A DNA stretch of 64,000 bases from the NCBI RefSeq assembly GCF_964204865.1, contig NC_135258.1:9052001-9116000 (forward strand). Direction: 5' to 3'. The notes beneath the pieces are model-generated. The model made no database searches. It had not been told where the DNA came from and saw only the letters and a list, made by a program, of their open reading frames with translations. Origin of the DNA: Styela clava. Taxonomy: Eukaryota. The stretch's first letter is position 1. Every line of letters starts with the position of its first letter. Below, in pieces: positions 63,938 through 64,000 of this stretch. The position numbers were made by a program, and so were the translations under genes.

Positions 63938-64000
63938 GTATGATGATTGTCTGTGTATCTACAGCGTCATTTATAAAATCTGGGTTTATAAAACTGCCTA

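Overview
This is an AT-rich eukaryotic window with short spliceosomal introns. It looks like invertebrate animal DNA, possibly a tunicate, but the sequence alone cannot confirm this. The core is a cluster of six paralogous Aa_trans-family amino-acid transporter genes (SLC32/36/38 clan, AVT-like), here T1-T6, with shared internal exon sizes (207/218/172/207 nt). T1, T2 and T4 (+) and T3 (-) are intact. T5 is frameshifted. T6 lacks its native 5' end but is open from an internal ATG. The right half was built by one complex rearrangement of the form A...B-A(inverted)-B'. A 6.3-kb copy of the T3/T4 divergent intergenic region lies inverted between two direct 7.7-8.0-kb copies of (transporter + 3' part of an intronless 645-aa ORF), with 5-bp microhomologies at both junctions. 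Also present are a two-exon 154-aa orphan gene, a candidate secreted micro-exon gene running off the left edge, the first three exons of HSPBAP1, and a decayed Gypsy RT fragment. The transposons include hAT derivatives, several GG-terminal MITE families (most carrying TTAGGG dimers), Helentron/DINE-1-like elements and a TIR element with a demonstrable empty site. The most interesting points are an E/K/D/A/G switch at one TM3 position across the paralogs, and the rearrangement, which put the two ends of a divergent upstream region in front of two 5'-truncated genes.
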